Positions 38,143-47,548 are shown, counted from the first letter of the stretch. The stretch is DNA of 64,000 nucleotides from Parcubacteria bacterium RAAC4_OD1_1 (GCA_000505065.1 AWSN01000001.1:559929-623928); one strand, 5' to 3'. Program-made: numbers and translations. Notes: generated by a model not told the origin, from the sequence alone.

Positions 38143-39204
38143 ATGAAAAAAATGAAAGTATTAGATCTTTTTTCTGGTGTTGGTGGTCTTAGTTATGGTT
38201 TTAAAATGGCAGGTTTTAATATCGCAGGAGCGATAGATTTTGAAAAATCATTTGTTGAATCAATGAAAAAAAATCATTCACATACAGAAGTATTTTGGGG
38301 TGATATAAGAGATATAGAACCAGAAAAAGTAAAAAATAAAATAGGAAATATTGATATTATAGTGGGAGGTCCACCATGCCAAGGTTTTTCTCTTAAGGGA
38401 CAAAGAAAAGGTCTTGAAGATGAAAGGAATTTTTTATTTAAAGAATACATAAAATATATAGCTTACTTTAAGCCGAAGTTTTTTGTTATGGAAAATGTTC
38501 CTAACATTCTTAGCGAAAAAGATGGTTACTTTAAAGATCAAATATTAAAAGAATTTAATAAATTAGGATATAAGGTTACATATGGTATTTTAAATGCTTC
38601 GGATTTTGGTGTTCCTCAGAACAGAAGAAGGGCTATTTTTTTAGGAACAAGATTAAAAAAAGAAATTGAACTCCCAAAGAGAATTATAAAAGAAAAAGTT
38701 ACAGTTTGGGATGCTATTTCTGATTTAGCATATTTGGATTCCGGAGAAGGATATTTTGAATCAAATTACAAGACAAAACCATTATCAGAATATCAAAAAA
38801 TATTAAGAAAAAATTCTAAAAAATTATTTAATCATCAAGCAACAAATCATTCAGTCATAGCAATTGATAGATTAAAACGAATACCACCAGAGAAAGGAAA
38901 AGAGTATTTACAAGAAAGGATATCTTCTACTTTTGGTCAAACATGGGGAAGATTGGAAAAAAATAAGCAGAGCCCAACAATTGTTACAAGATTTGATACA
39001 CCTTCAAATGGAAAAAATTCTCACCCTTTCTTAAATAGAGCAATTACCCCTAGAGAAGCTGCTAGAATACAATCTTTTCCAGATCATTTTATTTTTTATG
39101 GTAATAAAACATCAGTAAATAAACAAATAGGTAATGCTGTTCCTCCTTTGCTTGGCAAAGCTATAGCAGATAGTATAATAAAGTATATAAGACAAAATAA
39201 TTAG
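38143..39204 (+). CDS. DNA (cytosine-5)-methyltransferase
   Basis: 353 aa; DLFSGVGGLSYGF, GGPPCQGFS, ENV, QIGNAVPP. Confidence 0.9.
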   Translation: MKKMKVLDLFSGVGGLSYGFKMAGFNIAGAIDFEKSFVESMKKNHSHTEVFWGDIRDIEPEKVKNKIGNIDIIVGGPPCQGFSLKGQRKGLEDERNFLFKEYIKYIAYFKPKFFVMENVPNILSEKDGYFKDQILKEFNKLGYKVTYGILNASDFGVPQNRRRAIFLGTRLKKEIELPKRIIKEKVTVWDAISDLAYLDSGEGYFESNYKTKPLSEYQKILRKNSKKLFNHQATNHSVIAIDRLKRIPPEKGKEYLQERISSTFGQTWGRLEKNKQSPTIVTRFDTPSNGKNSHPFLNRAITPREAARIQSFPDHFIFYGNKTSVNKQIGNAVPPLLGKAIADSIIKYIRQNN

Positions 39205-39208
39205 TTTT

Positions 39209-39850
39209 ATGATAAACCAAGTACACAACATAGATGCCTTGAAATTACTAAAAGCTATTAAAGATAAATCAATTGATCTTTTTTTAACAGATATCCCTTA
39301 TGAAAAAGTTAATAAAAAATCAAATGGCTTAAGAAAATTGGACAAAGAAAAAGCTAACACAAAAACATTTGAATTGAAAGATTTTCTTGTTCAGGTAGAT
39401 AGAGTAACAAAAGGAAGTGGATATATTTTTTGTGGAAAGGAACAAGTTTCTATAATTTTTGAATTCTTTGACCAAAAGAAATACACAACAAGATTAATGA
39501 TCTGGGAAAAAACAAATCCAAGTCCAATGAATTGTCAATACTCATGGATGAGCGGAATTGAAACTTTTATTTATTTTAAGAAACCGAACGCTACGTTTAA
39601 TGAACATTACAAAAATAGTGTTTTAAGATTCCCGAATGGTCAAAGCAAGAAACATCCAACAGAAAAACCATTAAAATTATTTAAATATTTAATAGAAGTT
39701 AGTTCTAATAAGGGTGATTTAGTTTGTGATCCATGTGTAGGTTCTGGTACTACAGCTGTAGCTTCTAAAATGCTAAGTAGAAATTTTTTGGTTGGTGATA
39801 TTGATGAAAATTATTGTAAGTTAACACAAAAGAGACTAATTATTAGTTAA
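39209..39850 (+). CDS. Beta-class N4-cytosine/N6-adenine DNA methyltransferase
   Basis: 213 aa; N-terminal LTDIPYE (motif IV variant of DPPY), C-terminal motif I VCDPCVGSGTTAVAS. Confidence 0.7.
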   Translation: MINQVHNIDALKLLKAIKDKSIDLFLTDIPYEKVNKKSNGLRKLDKEKANTKTFELKDFLVQVDRVTKGSGYIFCGKEQVSIIFEFFDQKKYTTRLMIWEKTNPSPMNCQYSWMSGIETFIYFKKPNATFNEHYKNSVLRFPNGQSKKHPTEKPLKLFKYLIEVSSNKGDLVCDPCVGSGTTAVASKMLSRNFLVGDIDENYCKLTQKRLIIS

Positions 39851-39861
39851 TTTTTTATTTT

Positions 39862-41028
39862 ATGATAAATATTAATCAATTATTAAATAAACCAATTGAA
39901 ACCTTATTAGCAGTTTTTTTTAATACCACTAAAAATAAAGAAAATAATTTTGAAGTATGTTCAAGATATCGTCAAACTAAATTTGCTAAATTACCTAAAA
40001 ATTCATATGAACAGACAGCTATTAGTTTATCAAATAAATATAAATTAAATTTCAATTCTAATGGAAAAGGGTTAATTATTTCAATTATTAATAATAATCA
40101 TAATTATGATCTTAATGATTTTTTAAATGTCGTTTATGATTCAATTGTTGTTAAGTTAAATAAATTACCTAGTAATTATTTACTTGATGTTGAAATAGCT
40201 TTAGCTCTATTTATGTTTCGTGGAAGTGTAGATTTTAATAGGAGTTTTTATTCTGTTGATTTAAAAAATCCCACAAAGGATTACATTGATAATTTTTTTA
40301 AGGTTCTTTTATCATCAGATGATTTATTATCTCGTCTAAATTTAAATTTCCGCGAATTACAACCCCAATATGTTGAAGGTAGAAATTTAAGAAACACACA
40401 AGTCAGAATAAACTTAAAGTGGTTTTATGATAATGTGATATTAAATTTTAGTAATATTAATAAATATAAAACAGATATTTTTTTTAAAAATATTGCGAAG
40501 TTAGGAGAAATAAGAAAATATAATATTTTTGAAGAAAGAATAATATTATATAAACAATCTATTTTTGGTAGAAAATTAAATAAAAATGAAATAAATAAAC
40601 TTAGAAATGAATTACAATTTAGTTTAAATGATGAACAAACTAAGGGTAATAAATTTTCTATTAGAAATCAAAAAATTGTTTCTTACGCAAGAGAAATATT
40701 TAATGATGTTTGTGTTGGTTGTAATTATACTTATAATATTAAAGATCGTTCTTTTAAAATGCCACGAAACGATAGATATTATTTTGAGATAAATCATGTT
40801 ATTGCTTATTCTAGTGATTCTGTTGTGGTAGATGTATTAGATAATTTAGTAAAACTTTGTCCTACTTGCCATAGAGCTTTAACACCTGGAAGAGCTTATG
40901 AGGAATTACAAAAAACAATTATAAAAAATATGTTAAATTCTAGAAAAGAAGTAAGTAGATTTGTTGATTTAATGAAACCAAAAGAATTTAAGTCGTCTAT
41001 TGATTATGTATATAAAATGTTGAAATAA
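39862..41028 (+). CDS. Putative HNH-family restriction endonuclease
   Basis: 388 aa after two methyltransferases; C-terminal CVGCNY...YFEINHVIAY...KLCPTCHRAL (C-x2-C / H-N-H / C-x2-C). Confidence 0.6.
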   Translation: MININQLLNKPIETLLAVFFNTTKNKENNFEVCSRYRQTKFAKLPKNSYEQTAISLSNKYKLNFNSNGKGLIISIINNNHNYDLNDFLNVVYDSIVVKLNKLPSNYLLDVEIALALFMFRGSVDFNRSFYSVDLKNPTKDYIDNFFKVLLSSDDLLSRLNLNFRELQPQYVEGRNLRNTQVRINLKWFYDNVILNFSNINKYKTDIFFKNIAKLGEIRKYNIFEERIILYKQSIFGRKLNKNEINKLRNELQFSLNDEQTKGNKFSIRNQKIVSYAREIFNDVCVGCNYTYNIKDRSFKMPRNDRYYFEINHVIAYSSDSVVVDVLDNLVKLCPTCHRALTPGRAYEELQKTIIKNMLNSRKEVSRFVDLMKPKEFKSSIDYVYKMLK

Positions 41029-41050
41029 TTTTCATAATTATTTTTAATAA

Positions 41051-41659
41051 ATGAAAAAAGAAATCCTTGAAATTTTTAAAGAAAATGTTGATATTAATCG
41101 TCTTATGAAAGATGAACAGAATATTAATATTAGTTATAAGGATAACTCATATTTTATTTCATATGTTGAATTTTTAAAATATTTTAAGGATTTAAATAAA
41201 ATAACAATACATAATATGATTATCGGTATAAATTTTACTCATGGATGGATGCCTACTATTTTTGATTTCAGATCTAATAATTTTGATGAAGTTGTTAAAA
41301 TATTAAATAATACCAAACAGGGAATAATTCCTAATATAGACCAGCTAGAAATTCTTAAAAAATGTTTCAATAATTCATTAGTTGGATCTTCAAAGATTTT
41401 ACATTTTATAAATCCAGATAAATTTGCTATTTGGGATAGTCGAGTATTTCGTTATTTAACTAATAAAAAATATGGAATTGATAATTGTAAATATTATTTA
41501 GATTATTTAAAATTTTTTGAATATATAACAAATAAACCGGAATATAATAAAATTCACGAATCAATTATAAATAAAGTTGATTATGAAATGACAAAATTTA
41601 GAACATTAGAACTTATTATGTATATTAAAGGGAAGAAAAATAAATTAAATAAAATATAA
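41051..41659 (+). CDS. Hypothetical protein; paralog of 18229..18735 (HhH-GPD-like motif)
   Basis: 202 aa; SSKILHFINPDKFAIWDSRV region aligns with the island-1 paralog. Confidence 0.35.
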   Translation: MKKEILEIFKENVDINRLMKDEQNINISYKDNSYFISYVEFLKYFKDLNKITIHNMIIGINFTHGWMPTIFDFRSNNFDEVVKILNNTKQGIIPNIDQLEILKKCFNNSLVGSSKILHFINPDKFAIWDSRVFRYLTNKKYGIDNCKYYLDYLKFFEYITNKPEYNKIHESIINKVDYEMTKFRTLELIMYIKGKKNKLNKI

Positions 41660-41856
41660 TAATTATGCATTCAAAAACCTAACTCAAAAAACCAAAAATC
41701 ATAAATTTTAAATTTCAGGGGAAGGAGAATTGAGATCCGCCAAAAGGAAGACCTTTATGATGACAAAATGGTAAATGTCCAAATGGGTGTTTGGTTTTAG
41801 AAACTAGCCACAAGTCCGACTTGTAGCTAATTTTTCTTTTATTAAAGAGCTTTGGG

Positions 41857-42222
41857 TTGAGAGAAGTAATCTGTTTGACTTTTGGGGTGGGTGTGATAAG
41901 GTTTAGAAAAAATACATTGTTTAACTTAAAATTTTTAACTATGAAGGAAATTGTTTTGAACAGTAATGAAGTAAGACTTCTTCGTAAAGTTGAAAAAGCT
42001 GGTTATGGGTTTTTTGTCCCAGTTTCCAGCTTTTTGGAAGAGTTTAAGGACGCTTCTGAAGAAGATGTTCTTCCTGAATTGGTATTGAAAAAGGATGAGT
42101 TTGAAGATGTTGTCGAGATGATAGAAGACTATCTGTGCAATGACGGTCTTTCAGACGAAGATTGGCCATCCAAAGAAGAGGAGTCCGAACTAAGAAACCT
42201 TTTGGAAAGGTTGGAGGCTTGA
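41857..42222 (+). CDS. Acidic hypothetical protein (likely start MKEIVLN at 41941)
   Basis: 121 aa; followed by hairpin aacagggtgttg..caacaccctgtt. Confidence 0.35.
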   Translation: MREVICLTFGVGVIRFRKNTLFNLKFLTMKEIVLNSNEVRLLRKVEKAGYGFFVPVSSFLEEFKDASEEDVLPELVLKKDEFEDVVEMIEDYLCNDGLSDEDWPSKEEESELRNLLERLEA

Positions 42223-42316
42223 AGAGTTTAACAGGGTGTTGCATGTAGTCATACAACACCCTGTTTTTTTGTATTTTTTAAAATTAAAATATTTTTTTGT
42301 GTGATATAATAGATTT

Positions 42317-42760
42317 ATGAAGAAAAACAAATATATAATAATTTTTACAGGGGTAGTGCTTATAGGTGTAGCTTTTGTGTTTTTCAATTCACAGAAATGT
42401 AGTGGTGCAGAATGTGAGGTGAAAGAGATGAGAGTAGAAAAATATGATATTTACAATGAAATGAATCCAGAAACTTTACCCACAAAAGTTTTAAATGGGG
42501 AAGTTGTACTTTTAGATGTGAGAGAAGATTCTGAATGGAGCGATGGCCATATAGAGGGTGCACTCCATTTACCACTTGGAGAAATAAATGAGGAAAGTGT
42601 AATAAATCTTCCAAAAGATAAAGAAATATACATATATTGTAGGTCTGGCAGGAGAGCGGGAGAAGCTGAAACAATATTGAAGTCATTAGGATTTTCAAAT
42701 GTTTTAAACATAGGTGGAATAAACCATTTTGTAGAAAGGGGAGGTAAGTTGGTGAAATAA
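42317..42760 (+). CDS. Rhodanese-domain sulfurtransferase with N-terminal TM/signal anchor
   Basis: 147 aa; active-site loop YIYCRSGRRAG. Confidence 0.75.
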   Translation: MKKNKYIIIFTGVVLIGVAFVFFNSQKCSGAECEVKEMRVEKYDIYNEMNPETLPTKVLNGEVVLLDVREDSEWSDGHIEGALHLPLGEINEESVINLPKDKEIYIYCRSGRRAGEAETILKSLGFSNVLNIGGINHFVERGGKLVK

Positions 42761-42805
42761 ACATATTGCCTTATATTGTCTTTTAGTGTAGATTTATACA
42801 GTATT

Positions 42806-42880
42806 GGTCCCGTCGTTCAATGGATAGGACGCAACTTTGCGGAAGTTGCGATGCAGGTTCGATTCCTGCCGGGATCACCA
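42806..42880 (+). tRNA. tRNA-Arg (anticodon GCG) with encoded CCA
   Basis: Acceptor ggtcccg/cgggatc, anticodon stem caact/agttg with loop ttGCGga, T-arm caggttcgattcctg, 3' ACCA. Confidence 0.75.
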
Positions 42881-42891
42881 AGCGTGAATTT

Positions 42892-42919
42892 AAAAAGACT
42901 GAACTGCTTCAGTCTTTTT
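42892..42919 (+). terminator. Rho-independent terminator after tRNA-Arg (aaaaagactgaa..ttcagtcttttt)
   Basis: Perfect 8-bp stem flanked by A5/T5. Confidence 0.7.
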
Positions 42920-43032
42920 CGCTTGGTGATGATCGCAGTGTTGTTTTGTTAGCAGACAAAACCACGAGGGGTGGACTGCGAAAATTTCGAGCTACGGCGA
43001 GAAATTATTTGTAGTCACAAGATTGTAAGGAC

Positions 43033-43070
43033 GAGCAAGCAAACTGCTTTGCTTGCGTGCAGGAATCGAA
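43033..43070. repeat. Second copy of the 27-nt hairpin element fused to an inverted tRNA-Arg T-arm fragment
   Basis: gagcaagcaaactgctttgcttgcgtgCaggaatcgaa; 37/38 nt identical to 27522-27559; minus strand reads ttcgattcctgc + acgcaagcaaagcagtttgcttgct. Confidence 0.7.
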
Positions 43071-43200
43071 AACCTTAAACTTAATATTTGAAATTTAATA
43101 ATTTCAAATATTAAGAAAGGTCTACTGTTCTCGTAGAGAAAGATATCCTACCGGAATTATAAATTAAAAAAAGACCAAACTGGTCTTTTTTATATTTTTC

Positions 43201-43674
43201 CTAAAATCCGATTTTTTCGGCGAACAAAACAGAGTTGGATTCTTTGAGTTCAAGAATTGGTAAAACTTTTTCTAAATTCTCCCTCAATTCTTCTACTTGA
43301 ATATCTTTTATTGGGACGGTATAGTGGGGGAGTATTTTTCTTTTAAGTTCAATAAGAAGCACAGAACCATTTTCTTTTTTCTTTATTGTAAATCCATTTA
43401 TTTTCCCCCATTCAAAGAAATCTCTACCCATAGTCATACCTTTATTATCAATCGAGAAATAAATCTCTTGCGGTGCCCTTATTGCAAAAAGGATCATCGT
43501 CCCACCAGAGACAAGTATAAATATAGCCAGTAAATAATTATGGAGCCAGATGCTCACTATCGCCCCTATAACTGCGATAAGTCCTACTGTCCAATACCAA
43601 TCGGGGTTTTTTTCTTTATGATTGTATTCACTTTCAGTCCACTCTATTTTATTTATTTGTACTTCTTTTTCCAT
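43201..43674 (-). CDS. Hypothetical membrane protein
   Basis: 157 aa, 2 TM helices. Confidence 0.4.
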   Translation of the reverse strand: MEKEVQINKIEWTESEYNHKEKNPDWYWTVGLIAVIGAIVSIWLHNYLLAIFILVSGGTMILFAIRAPQEIYFSIDNKGMTMGRDFFEWGKINGFTIKKKENGSVLLIELKRKILPHYTVPIKDIQVEELRENLEKVLPILELKESNSVLFAEKIGF

Positions 43675-43693
43675 CTCTTTATATTATACCATC

Positions 43694-44851
43694 TTATTTT
43701 TTAATAGAAAGGGAAGAAACAGCTTTATATACAGTTTCTTTTACTCCTTTATCAAACATACTTGGAATTATTTTTTCTTTATTTGGATTTTTTATTAATT
43801 TAGCTAAACTTTCAGCTATTTTTATAAAAATCTTGTTTTCAAATTGGGGAATCTTTTTATCAAGCATCGCCTTGAATGCCCCAGGGAAAACTAGGGAATT
43901 GTTTATCTGATTTGGGAAGTCAGATCTTCCTGTTGCCACTATAAGAGCCCCAGCTTTTTGGGCTTCATCGGGGAATATTTCAGGAGTAGGATTTGCAAGT
44001 GCAAAAATTATTGGGTTTTTGTTCATACTCTTTACCATATCTATCGTTAGAGTTCCTGGCTTTGAAAGTCCAATAAATACATCAGCTCCTTTGACAGCAT
44101 CTTTTATTTCTCCTTCTTTTACATTTGCGATACTTTTCCCTATAAGTTCTATTTTTTCTTTCGTAAGGCTAGCTCTTTCTTGGTGGATGATACCTTTACT
44201 ATCACAAAATGTTATATCTTTTATTCCGTAATCTAAGAGAAGTCTTCCTGTAGCAACTCCAGCTGCCCCTACACCCACTATCACTACTTTTGCTTTTTCT
44301 TTTTTAATTTTAGCAATTTTCAAAGCATTGATGAGTGCAGAGAGTGTCACTGTCGCTGCACCCCACTGGTCATCATGCATTACTGGGATGTCGAGCTCTT
44401 TGCGAAGTCGCTCTTCTATTTCAAAGCAACGTGGAGCTGAAATGTCTTCTAGATTTATTCCACCGAAAACAGGAGCGATTTGTTTTACTGTTTTTATTAT
44501 TTCCTCGGTATCTTTCGTATCAAGGCAGATTGGAAAAGCATCAACTCCACCAAATTCTTTAAAAATTGCAGCCTTTCCTTCCATAACAGGGATAGCAGAG
44601 AGAGGACCCAAATCTCCAAGGCCTAGTATTGCAGTACCATCAGAAACTATCGCAACCGTATTTTTCTTTATGGTGTATTCTCTTGCTAGACTTTTATTTT
44701 GAGCGATTGCCTCACAGACTCCAGCTACTCCTGGGGTATAAGCGATAGATAAATCATCTCTATTTTTTAATTTAACTTTACTTTTTACTTCTAATTTGCC
44801 ACCGTATTTTTTATGCAAAATAATTGCTTCTTTATATTTTTTGTTTATCAT
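43694..44851 (-). CDS. NAD(P)-dependent malic enzyme, short form
   Basis: 385 aa; AYTPGVAGVCEAIA, VSDGTAILGLGDLGP, Rossmann VVIVGVGAAGVATG. Confidence 0.8.
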   Translation of the reverse strand: MINKKYKEAIILHKKYGGKLEVKSKVKLKNRDDLSIAYTPGVAGVCEAIAQNKSLAREYTIKKNTVAIVSDGTAILGLGDLGPLSAIPVMEGKAAIFKEFGGVDAFPICLDTKDTEEIIKTVKQIAPVFGGINLEDISAPRCFEIEERLRKELDIPVMHDDQWGAATVTLSALINALKIAKIKKEKAKVVIVGVGAAGVATGRLLLDYGIKDITFCDSKGIIHQERASLTKEKIELIGKSIANVKEGEIKDAVKGADVFIGLSKPGTLTIDMVKSMNKNPIIFALANPTPEIFPDEAQKAGALIVATGRSDFPNQINNSLVFPGAFKAMLDKKIPQFENKIFIKIAESLAKLIKNPNKEKIIPSMFDKGVKETVYKAVSSLSIKK

Positions 44852-44854
44852 AAT

Positions 44855-45400
44855 TTATTTTTGTGAGTTTTTTAATTTTAGAGCCAAGTCTTTTAGTTTT
44901 TCGAGATCTGCCATTTTACTTCCAGCAGATATTATGTAGCCATCATACTTTTCAATCCAAATATCTTCTTTATGAGAAAAAAGTAGTTGCTCCCATTTGC
45001 CACCTTTTAAATGACCTGTCCCATGCATAGGGAAGAGCTTGGTGTGGATATGATTTATACCCATTCCTTCAATGATAAACCCTACTCGTCCGACATCTTT
45101 GAAATAATTTTCTAAAACCTTCGCCGCTTTTTTAGAAGCAATAATAAGCTTACCCAAATCCTCATCTGGTAATGAAAGTGGATCTGAATCAAAATGTTCT
45201 TTAGAAATAACCACAGAGAATCCTTCGGTATTTGGATCTATTGCAAGGAAACACATATGAGTATCACTTTCCCAAAATATTGGGGCAGGGATATTACCTT
45301 TTACAATTTCACAGAAAACACATTTATTATCTTTGGTTGTTGGTTCATATTTTGCCATATTTTTATTATAGCACTTAATTAAAACTTGAAAAAATAACAA
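44855..45400 (-). CDS. HIT-family (histidine triad) hydrolase/nucleotidyltransferase-like protein
   Basis: 181 aa; CVFCEIVKGNIPAP...; GINHIHTKLFPMHG triad-like. Confidence 0.55.
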   Translation of the reverse strand: MLFFQVLIKCYNKNMAKYEPTTKDNKCVFCEIVKGNIPAPIFWESDTHMCFLAIDPNTEGFSVVISKEHFDSDPLSLPDEDLGKLIIASKKAAKVLENYFKDVGRVGFIIEGMGINHIHTKLFPMHGTGHLKGGKWEQLLFSHKEDIWIEKYDGYIISAGSKMADLEKLKDLALKLKNSQK

Positions 45401-45421
45401 AAATAATGTAATGTATTACTC

Positions 45422-45508
45422 GGAAGCGTGGCTGAGTGGTTTAAGGCACTTGTCTTGAAAACAAGGGACTATGAAAGTGGTCCGTGAGTTCGAATCTCAC
45501 CGCTTCCG
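45422..45508 (+). tRNA. tRNA-Ser (anticodon TGA), long variable arm
   Basis: Acceptor ggaagcg/cgcttcc, D-arm gctgagtggtttaaggc, anticodon loop cTTGAaa, variable arm ggactatgaaagtggtcc, T-arm gagttcgaatctcac. Confidence 0.8.
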
Positions 45509-45578
45509 CAGGAAAAATAAAGTATCGGAAGACTCATAGGCATATATTTTGATATGTCTATTTGTTTTTTCAACTATT

Positions 45579-45854
45579 CTAAAGATTAGCTCTTAACCAA
45601 TTAACAACTTCTGGTTTAAGATTTAAGCTACCCCAATCTTTACCTATTTCTATAACAAGTAATTTATCATTTGAATGCATTAATGGTTGTAGTCTTCTAG
45701 CTATATCTATCGCTGTTAAATCACTTTTTATTATAAAAACAGATTCAAGTGGTTTAGACCAATATGCAACTTTAGTTATTGCATTTCTTAGATTTTGATA
45801 AGAAGTTATAGGTTGTCCACCTATTAAATCATATGATATTAAATAATTTTTCAT
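45579..45854 (-). CDS. Cas2/VapD-like small protein (putative endoribonuclease fold)
   Basis: 91 aa; MKNYLISYDL...SVFIIKSDLTAIDIARRL...LLVIEI follows the Cas2 pattern (YDI...SVFEC...RRL...VRIY); no cas1 or array nearby. Confidence 0.35.
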   Translation of the reverse strand: MKNYLISYDLIGGQPITSYQNLRNAITKVAYWSKPLESVFIIKSDLTAIDIARRLQPLMHSNDKLLVIEIGKDWGSLNLKPEVVNWLRANL

Positions 45855-45855
45855 T

Positions 45856-46779
45856 TTAATTAGTTACTTGTTCATTATTTAATAAAGATGAGTCAACCCC
45901 GACCACAGAGGACCCCACAACAACTTCATTTTCTACAATCTCTTTTTCATTATCAAACAACGGAACATAATTCTTTTCTGTTATATATTTTATAAATTCT
46001 TCTAAATTTAGAATCGAAAACAATTTACCTGATTTATCATGAAACTCTTTTACTAAAGATCTTCTTGGAAAAATTTTATCATTTCTCTTTTTTTCTTCCC
46101 AAAAATCATCTTTAGTTTCCTCAGTAACAAGAATTATTGGTTTTGATAAATTTTCTGAATAATCAAGTATCTGAAACCATGCTATTGTATCACCATTACT
46201 TTTACCAATATCTGATACCCCAGGTTGTTTTTTAATTCTTGCTCTTTTATTTATCTCCGATTCTATTGCTGATTTTTTATCATCATCATAATCATTCCCA
46301 ATTTTATCTTTTAAGATTTTTTCTAATCTTTTTAAAATTATGTCATTTTCTGGTTCTCTCCAGTCAGGATTACATTTATTTTTATTAATTTTATTTTTTT
46401 GTCTAGTGATTGTATTTTGTAAATCTTTTACTATAGAGTCTATTTTAAGAGTAAAATGCTCTTGATCATTAAAATAACTTGAATATAAGTCTTTTTCTAA
46501 TGAATCTAATTTCCCAATAACTATTTCTTTTCTTTTAAATTCTTGGTCAATTCTATCTTTTCTATTCTTATAGAATTCACTACAGAATTGATAAGGTATC
46601 CAAACTCTATCTTTTTTCGATAAATCATCCATCATTTTTAAAATAGAATTTCTCTTTTTATTCTTATATCCATACAATCTCAAAAGAGCACACGCATCAA
46701 ATACAAAAATTGCATTTTTCTTCATTCGGATTAATTCTTTCTTTGTTGGGTGATAATATTCCCAAAAACTATCTTTCAT
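45856..46779 (-). CDS. PIN-like nuclease domain protein (split PIN with long insertion)
   Basis: 307 aa; N-terminal AIFVFDACALLRLY and C-terminal PIILVTEETKDDF. Confidence 0.5.
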   Translation of the reverse strand: MKDSFWEYYHPTKKELIRMKKNAIFVFDACALLRLYGYKNKKRNSILKMMDDLSKKDRVWIPYQFCSEFYKNRKDRIDQEFKRKEIVIGKLDSLEKDLYSSYFNDQEHFTLKIDSIVKDLQNTITRQKNKINKNKCNPDWREPENDIILKRLEKILKDKIGNDYDDDKKSAIESEINKRARIKKQPGVSDIGKSNGDTIAWFQILDYSENLSKPIILVTEETKDDFWEEKKRNDKIFPRRSLVKEFHDKSGKLFSILNLEEFIKYITEKNYVPLFDNEKEIVENEVVVGSSVVGVDSSLLNNEQVTN

Positions 46780-46781
46780 AA

Positions 46782-46955
46782 TTATATTTTTATTTTAATA
46801 ATTTTACCCTTATTTTGACAATTTCCGTTTGTACATTCAAATTCAAAATATCCATTCCATTTATGTGCAGATTGCCCTTCTTCCATTTTTCTAGCAAATG
46901 GACCTATTTGATGCATTAATTCATTACATTTTTCACAGTTAATATTCTGTTCCAT
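46782..46955 (-). CDS. Possible 57-aa zinc-ribbon protein
   Basis: MEQNINCEKCNELMHQIGPFARKMEEGQSAHKWNGYFEFECTNGNCQNKGKIIKIKI; CxxC...CxxxxC. Confidence 0.3.
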   Translation of the reverse strand: MEQNINCEKCNELMHQIGPFARKMEEGQSAHKWNGYFEFECTNGNCQNKGKIIKIKI

Positions 46956-46996
46956 GTGTCTAATTATAGAACAAATATAGATTTAATTAAATACCC

Positions 46997-47548
46997 CTAA
47001 ATTATATTAATAATTCCATCCATCATCTTAATCTTTGATTTAAAGCATCCCATTAATTCTCTCTTCTCTTCATTTGAACCACTTCTGAGCACATACTTGG
47101 CGTAAGTTTTAAGATTAATTTCCTTATGCTTTTTATTTGAATTATTTATCTCAAGTACTCCTTTATTAAAATTATTTATCCTCTTCGATTCTTCTTCAAA
47201 CTTAATTTGCAATCCAACATCATTCACATCTATTTTATCTATCAACTTTATAAGTTGCTCTATTAACTCTTCTTCTCTTAAATATTCATTCTTACAGTGC
47301 CTATCTTTCGATCTTCCACATCCATAATAAATATATTTAGCTACCGTTCCATTCTTAAGTTTTTTGTATTTCTCTTCAGCTGATATTCCAGAACCACATA
47401 AACCACAGGTCATTAATTTAGTGAATGCAAACTCATGATTCTCTCTTAATTGCTCTTTTGCTTCCTTATTCCACCTTCTTGGATTATACTCACAAGGTTT
47501 TAGAGTATTAATGTCTGCATACTCTATTTTCAAGTTATCTTTCGACAT
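46997..47548 (-). pseudogene. Truncated large serine recombinase (only C-terminal zinc-ribbon/coiled-coil part; catalytic N-domain missing)
   Basis: LMTCGLCGSGISAEEKYKKLKNGTVAKYIYYGCGRSKDRHCKNEY = recombinase zinc-beta-ribbon motif; 183 aa is far too short for an intact enzyme. Confidence 0.55.

Noticed and set aside
38143-41028. Treating RM module 2 as a separately integrated island
   Set aside because: I found no flanking direct repeats and no tRNA or integrase at its borders. The downstream 41.66-41.9 kb spacer contains only the GGGTGTG motif. It is left as a chromosomal module of uncertain origin.
42044-42764. Minus-strand ORFs 42044..42259, 42190..42387, 42384..42764, 42451..42711
   Set aside because: They are antisense to the rhodanese gene and the 41857 ORF. 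No supporting motifs.
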